A stretch of 53,845 nucleotides of DNA, the filler included, from Jimgerdemannia flammicorona (taxonomy: Eukaryota), in the NCBI GenBank assembly GCA_003990765.1. It is 2 parts of 2 records of this genome, joined end to end, with 100 filler letters (N's around TTAATTAATTAA, not from the genome) between each part and the next. Parts side by side here need not be neighbours in the genome. Positions count along the whole stretch, not along the records: positions 26,976 to 53,845 come from RBNJ01000687.1; 1 more part is not named here. One strand, given 5' to 3'. Below the pieces are notes generated by a model. The model did no database searches, was not told the DNA's origin, and worked only from the letters and a program-made list of their open reading frames with translations. Positions 47,817-53,845 of the stretch are shown one piece after another. Each line of letters opens with the position of its first letter. Positions within the stretch are counted from its first letter, which is position 1. A program made the position numbers and the translations under genes.

Positions 47817-48180
47817 ATGATGAAAAAGTTGTCTACTGATATCTGAAACTATATCATCAGTGAGTTAAAGTCTAGCAAGAAAAACTAACAGATTGCATAA
47901 CAAATAAGGATTGGTATAGTAACTATGAAATGTATATGAATGGCAGAGTACATTGACATCAAAAAGCATATGAAATGAGGCTGCCTGCATAAGCTTTCTG
48001 TTTACAATGAGGTATAGGTTATTCATCAATGAGATATGAGTCCTTCATCAGGTGATGACGGGCAAGGCAGATACAGCTATCTCTTTCTCTTGTATAATTC
48101 ACATTATACCAACTTCAAGCAATGGTTTTCAACACAACTTGGAGAAAAGGTACTATAAAAATATCATCAAGTAAGAGTTC
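47817..48180 (+). pseudogene. Tc1-like transposase N-terminal HTH fragment
   Basis: MMKKLSTDI*NYIISELKSS..QIA*QIRIG..GCLHKLS (GRP.KLS)..VLHQVMTGKADTA; truncated by the adjacent LINE. Confidence 0.6.
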
Positions 48181-48253
48181 TGATGAGCATGCTGGGTTGA
48201 GTGGACATGGGGCTTTCAGCTGACAGAATGTAGGGAGGGGTTATGGCCTGGGA

Positions 48254-50233
48254 ATGGGGGCCTTTGGGGGGTTGAAGGATGGTAAGGGCTCTGGAGGTAG
48301 ATCAGTATCTGGTGGCAATGGGGGAAGGCCTGGCCCCTCAAGATTTGTGGACAAGGTGAAGGAGAGTGAGTGGCTGACTGGATCTAGGGCTGATATTGCT
48401 GAGGGAAAAGACAAAGTAAGCTTTGGGAGGGGAGGAGGTACTCAGGCTAGGGGTGGGAGCATAGGGGCTGGAGGTGCTGTGGCTGGGGGTGGGACTGCTG
48501 ATGGAAGTGTAATGAAGATTCAGGAAAAAAAAAGAGATGTGATGGCTGATGGCAGAGTGGGGCAGAGATTTTCAATTCGGAAGAGAGATCTGGCTGATAG
48601 TGTAATGGAGCTAGTGGTGGCACCATTGCTCAAGAAGTTAATTTCAGAGTTTGTGGCTATCTTGTGCTTCCAGGGCTTAGTAGTGATGGCAAGGATAGTC
48701 CTGGGGCTTGTCTCAAAGCAGGTGGCTGGGGCCATCTCGGTGAAGTTCCTAAAGGATCTGGAGGGGGTTGAGGTGGGCTTTGAGGAGACAGACCCACTGG
48801 AAGAGACTCTGAAGACTAGAGTGGTAGTTGGAGAAGTAGTGGTCTCTATGGTGCACTGTCTGAGATGGGACCCCAGGGTGGTGTAGCTGTTGGTAAAGAG
48901 GATGCCTACAGTGATGAAGGAGGAGACTAGGAGGAGGGTAGAGAAGGTGATGGTGGAGTATAGTAATGTGGTGGATATTGGCTTCCAGGTGTGGGAGGGG
49001 ACCTCCATCAGGATGGGTGATATGGATATCAGGATTAGACTGACTGGAAGAGAGGCCACAGAGAAGATGGGTGACTGGCTCTCAGTGTTGATGTGGGGGG
49101 CCTTTATCTGTAAGGTATTGAGAGTGAGAGAGAGTAAAGAGGAGGAGGAGAACTTGTTGGAGACTCTGGAGGAGTTGAGTGGTACTGTTGAGTAGAGGGT
49201 GAAGGTCTGGCAATTGTATGTAGAGTTGATACATCTAGAGATTATTGATGGGAAGTATATTCACACTGACAAGAGGCAGTGGGAGAGGGCTCAAGGGCAC
49301 AGGAGGTAGAGAGAGTTGCTGGCGAGCATGGAAGGAGGGGCTAAGATGAAGGCAGAGGGCCCTGAGAAGTCTGGGGGAGTGGAGGTGAGTATCTAGGCTA
49401 GCAAGAGAGGAGGAGATAGGGAGGAGGGCCTAGAAGGGGCTGAGAAGGTACCACTCAAGGACCCATTTGCTGATGGTACTTTTGAGGTCTGGGACCCAGT
49501 CGTGGATGATACTCCCCCTCTGATCAGATGGAGTCTCACTACAAGAGATTAGGTAGCAGAGGATGAGCTGATGTGGGGTACTCAGCAGATACACTTTGGG
49601 GTTCCTGATATGGCAAAGGGTGGACAGGTGGTGGCTGTTGGTGAGGATGAACTAGTGGATGTCCCTGAGGAGGGATGAGATGAGACTGCCAGTATAGGGG
49701 CTGATACCATGATGCTGGATGTGGGAAGACTGGGGACACCAGGAGGGAAGAAGGTGGGGAATCTACTATGGATGAGCAAGGTGATAGATAATCTCATAGC
49801 TGAGGAGTTGGGAGAAGTGGACCTGTGAGTGATGAGTGAGGAGCATTGGGCAGGGATTCTATATAGAGAGGGGGTGGTTGGGGCACTGAAGGCAGAGATT
49901 CTTGTGATTTTCCTAGAGGAGGAGGAATATGAGGTTGATAAGGTGAGAGAGGTGGAGCTGGCAGTTGTTGCTGGTGAGCAGGCTGCCTACTATTGGGCTG
50001 AGTGTCATGGTTTGCAACTCTGGCAGGAGGTATGTCTGGAGTATCATGAGGACTTCAAGGAAAAGGAGGATGGGGTGATGGCTGAACTTCTGGAAGGGTT
50101 GGAGGTACAGATGGCTGAAGAGAAGGTGCTGGCTGCAGAACATGACCTGAACTTGACACAGGAGGAGTTGAATGTGGATTTGCAGAGGCTGCAATTGATA
50201 ATTAACATTATTCCTAATGAACAGTACAACTAA
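48254..50233 (+). pseudogene. LINE ORF1 (Gly-rich N-terminus, Glu-rich helical C-terminus)
   Basis: Same-frame ORF pieces 48254-48886, 48890-49195 and 49829-50233 separated by stops. Confidence 0.75.
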
Positions 50234-53200
50234 CATTTTCTCTCTGAATGTGAATGGATTGTGGGGTTCTGGGCAGTATAAGAACATTTTTACTTGGCTT
50301 AAGGGGTTGGAGGCTGATCTCTTTTTACTGCAGGATGTATAGTGTAAGGATGAGGATGATCAAGTGGAGTGGACTAGAGAATGGGGAGGAGCTACTGCTT
50401 GGATTGGCAAAGTAGCAATTCTGGTGAGGAAGGGTAGAGGAGATTTGGATGGAATCAAGTGCTTGGGTGACTGCTTAGTCTGGGGAGAATGGCATAGGCC
50501 TGGGTGGGAATCAGTGAAGGTTGGCTCCTACTACTGCTCTACAGTTAGGGGTGAGCAGATTGAGTAGATTAAGGATCTTTTAGAGGAGGGCATTCTCTTA
50601 GAGAAGAGTGTCAATGTTCTGGGAGGTGACTTTAATATGGTGCAGGATCCATAGCTAGATAGAACTGATAGAGGAAGGAGTGTGGGAGAGAGGAGTAGTG
50701 GTCTGAACAAGTGGGAGGAGGTGGAAAACCTTAGCTTCTTAGGAGATATGGGTAGAACTTGTTGGGGTAATTGGAGAGTCTATATGCACTAGGTGAATGG
50801 GCTGGGTATGAGAATTGATTGGATTCTGATAGCTAATTATTGGGGTGTTGATGTTTGGAGGACTCTGGAGGTAGAATGGTGCCTATGGTCAGATTACTGG
50901 GGGCTGTTGGGGTAGGGGCAGTTTGGGGGGAGTAGAGATAGATCCAGATATTGGCACCTTAACTTCTCTCTACTGGGTGAGAAGGGGTTGTGGGACCTAT
51001 GGGTGGAGGAAATCCAGAAGAAGATTACTTACTGGATACATGAGGGTTTGTCTGTGGGTGACCACTAGATGAGGTTGAAGGAGGCTGTGAGGATATATTG
51101 GGGAGGAGCTGGTAGGGAGGCTGGGAGGCAGAGAAGGAAGCGAGTGAGGAGTACTTCTCACAGGCTGATTAGATTGCAGATGGAATGGGCTGATTTGCTT
51201 TCTTCTGAAGAGGTAGAGGATTAGAGGTTGGAGAGGGCAAAATTGGAGGTAGTGGAGTTACAACAGATATTGAGAGAGGTGGAGGAGATTTGTTTGAAAG
51301 AAATGGCTGTCAGACTAAGGTGGCAGGTCCTTGAGGAGGGTGAGTGGCCTACTAGGTATTTGTCTAGATTTCTCCAAGCTAGGAGGGTGCAACATCATTG
51401 GAATGGGGTCTTGGATGCTGAGGGGGTAATGGTGCATAGCACACAATAGATTTTGGGAATACTGAAGGAGAGATAGAGAGGTCTGTGGAGTGAGGAGGAA
51501 GGGGGTGCAGATGAAGGGGTAATTAGTGATATACTGGAGGAGTGGAATCTGCCATGAGTAGAGAGACTTGATGACTTTATTGTACTAGTCCAAGAGGAGG
51601 AGATCCAGAGAATCCTTATAGCAACCAAGCCTGAGATGGCACCAAGAGAAGATAGGTTGCCTTGGGACTTCTGAAAGAAGATGGTGAAGGTCCCTGGGGT
51701 GTTGGGAGAGATGACTGTTCTCTGTGACCATGTTCTTCTAAATGGCAAGTAGGTTGGAGAGCAGGACTTGGGGCTGGTGGCCTTATTGTATAAAGATAAG
51801 GGAAGGAGGGAGGACTGGAAGAATTGGCGACCAATCATACTTCTGGATATGGATAGGAAGATGGTGACTAAGGTGATTGTTGCAAGGCTCCAGAGAGTTG
51901 TCCAACAGATGTTGGGTGAGGAACAGTGGGGATTGTAAGAGATCAGCTTATAAGAGATAGGACTGCCTGGGTGCATGGCATTATTGAGGGGGCCTGGGCT
52001 TGTGGACTGGATGGTAGACTGGTCTTTCTGGACCAAGAAAAGGCCTATGACCATGTTTATCAGGTTTGGCTGGGTAAGGTGCTAGATAGAATTAGTGTCC
52101 CCCCATGATTTCGGGCTTCTATGTTGAGTCTGTTAGAGGGCAGTAGGGCTGTGCTAATATATAATGGTTACTGGGGTCTGGTATTTCCCTTGGGAAGAGA
52201 AGTTCCTCAGAGAGATCCACTGTCTCCTATTCTCTATGCCCTTTCATTAGAACCTTTGATAGATAGGATATGGAAGAAGGTGGCAGAGCTCTCAGTATAT
52301 GGTGTGGTGTGGAAGGTAGGGGCCTTTGCAGATGATATGGTAGTTGGTCTTGGCTCAGTGGTAGATGTAGAGGTACTTCAGGAGACAGTGGAATGGTATG
52401 AGGCACACTCTGGGGCAAAACTCAACTGGTATAAGTGTGAGACAATGGTGCTGGGGAATGGCCTAGTAGGAGGGGATGTCATTGAAACAATTGTCCCTAC
52501 AGGAGAGATGGTGCAGTATCTGGGCATCTTTCTCTTAGTATATGGTTCTGTCTTACCACAGGTGTGGTGGGAAAGGAGGGTGGCCATTTGGGGGGAGACC
52601 CTAAGAAGTTGGAGAGGTCACCACATCTCTTTAGTAGGCCAGGTATCAATCTTGAATGTCTACTGGTTCCCCAAGCTGTGGTATGTTGCTTATCATTTGG
52701 ACTTTCCAGCTTAGGTGGTGAAGAGACTGATGAAACTGACTAGGGATTGGATTTGGGCAGGGAAGCAGTCCCAGATCAGTTGGGACACTCTGGTAACTCT
52801 GGTGGTTCAGGGAGGGCTTGGCCTAGTGGATCTTCCTAAGTGGCTGCATTGTCTGTGAGCTTGGTGGTTGAAAAGGGCTGTGGAATTGCAGAGAGGGAGC
52901 TGGGTACCTCTGATGTAGAAGGTGTGAGAGATGAGATTCTCTCCATAAGGATTCTCAGAGGATTTGCTTTCTCTGGTGGATCTGGATAGAAGCTGATGGC
53001 TATGGTTTAAGGACTTCTAGTGGAGAGTGGTGAATGGAGTATACCAGATAGGTCTGCAATGACAAAGCAATGAGAGGGAGATATTGTAGGGCCCAGCTAT
53101 GTGGTGATGAGACTAACTGCTTCTGGGGGGTGTTCCACTTACTGAGTTTAATATTGGTGATGGAGTGGAATATCAGCAGGGTCTTGGACAGGATCTGTGG

Positions 53201-53845
53201 CCAAGTAGCTAGTAGGCAGTGGGGATTGGTGAGGAGTGAGACTAGGTGGGAGTCTGGTCATGGAGTACTGAGGTACAGAGGTAGCTTCCTCCCAAGTTCT
53301 GGGTGGTATGATGGAGAATGCTGTGGAGGAATATCATGTTGAATTTCTGTGCTAGATATCTGGTGAATGGTGGTCAATTCAATTGTGAGGAGTGTTATAA
53401 TGTTGGGTAAGTTGGGGGATTTATATAGATACCAGAACATTGGCTGGGAGAGTGTGAGGTTCTGGGGGACTTTTGGTTAGCAGTTAGGGCTTGGTTGGGT
53501 GTGGAGAGGAGGCCAGATGGAGAGAGAGAGTGGTGGGAGGATCTGAAATCTAGATTAGTGAGAGGTGTAGATAATGGATAGCTTACTATAGAGTGGGTTT
53601 TAGCTGTATGGGTGGGGTTAGCTAGACATTGGCTCTTTGTTTTTGAGGAAGGGCAGTAGTTGGGTATACAGAAGAAGTTGTTGAGATGAGAGGAGTTGAT
53701 GGGAGAGCTGTTGATCAGGTGGTGGGTTGGTTGGGGGCCCCAGAGTGGGCATTGTCATTATTTGGTAGAAGGGATCTGTGAACAGAGTGGTGGGTGGGTA
53801 GTGATGGTGAATGGCAAAGTAATCTTTCATTATGAGAGAATAGGG
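50217..53845 (+). pseudogene. LINE ORF2 (APE endonuclease + RT)
   Basis: MNSTTNIFSLNVNGL, LGGDFNMV, RIDWIL, NWRPIILL, LDQEKAYD, VPQRDPLSP, FADD, YLGI, GGLGL. Confidence 0.93.

Larger units (their letters stand above)
48190..53845 (+). mobile_element. Near full-length L1/Tx1-like LINE, runs off the window end
   Basis: ORF1 followed by ORF2 with APE endonuclease, RT and C-terminal Cys motif; G-rich sense strand. Confidence 0.95.

Noticed and set aside
48520..52054. Long minus-strand Ser/Thr/Pro-rich ORFs (179 aa, 219 aa and others)
   Set aside because: Antisense shadows of the G-rich LINE coding strand

Overview
Gene-free, AT-rich eukaryotic repeat graveyard, probably fungal (inferred from element types, a GGTTATGAG copia-type PBS and the mutation spectrum). 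It consists almost entirely of nested, transition-mutated transposons: four Ty3/gypsy-type LTR elements from three families (A 55-7114 +; B ~20562-26875 +; C 26976-34752 - and its deletion derivative D 34955-39414 -), two Ty1/copia relics, at least eight L1/Tx1-like LINE pieces (three with clear TSDs), a non-autonomous LTR element, hAT- and Tc1-type MITEs and a Tc1 transposase fragment. An artificial N/TTAATTAATTAA linker sits at 26876-26975. No host genes, RNA genes or CRISPR arrays were seen. Most notable: all three gypsy families encode a dUTPase (in two different polyprotein positions) and share a homologous unannotated accessory ORF (motif Y-x-I-G-x-x-L ... A-[RKE]-[KR]-x-[YR]-x-[LI]-[FY]). 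This ORF lies after integrase in family A, inside the LTR with its own TATA box in family C/D, and probably inside the LTR in family B, recalling complex retroviruses such as MMTV. All alignments and translations were done by eye. Domain boundaries are approximate except where TSDs, TIRs or LTR ends are quoted.
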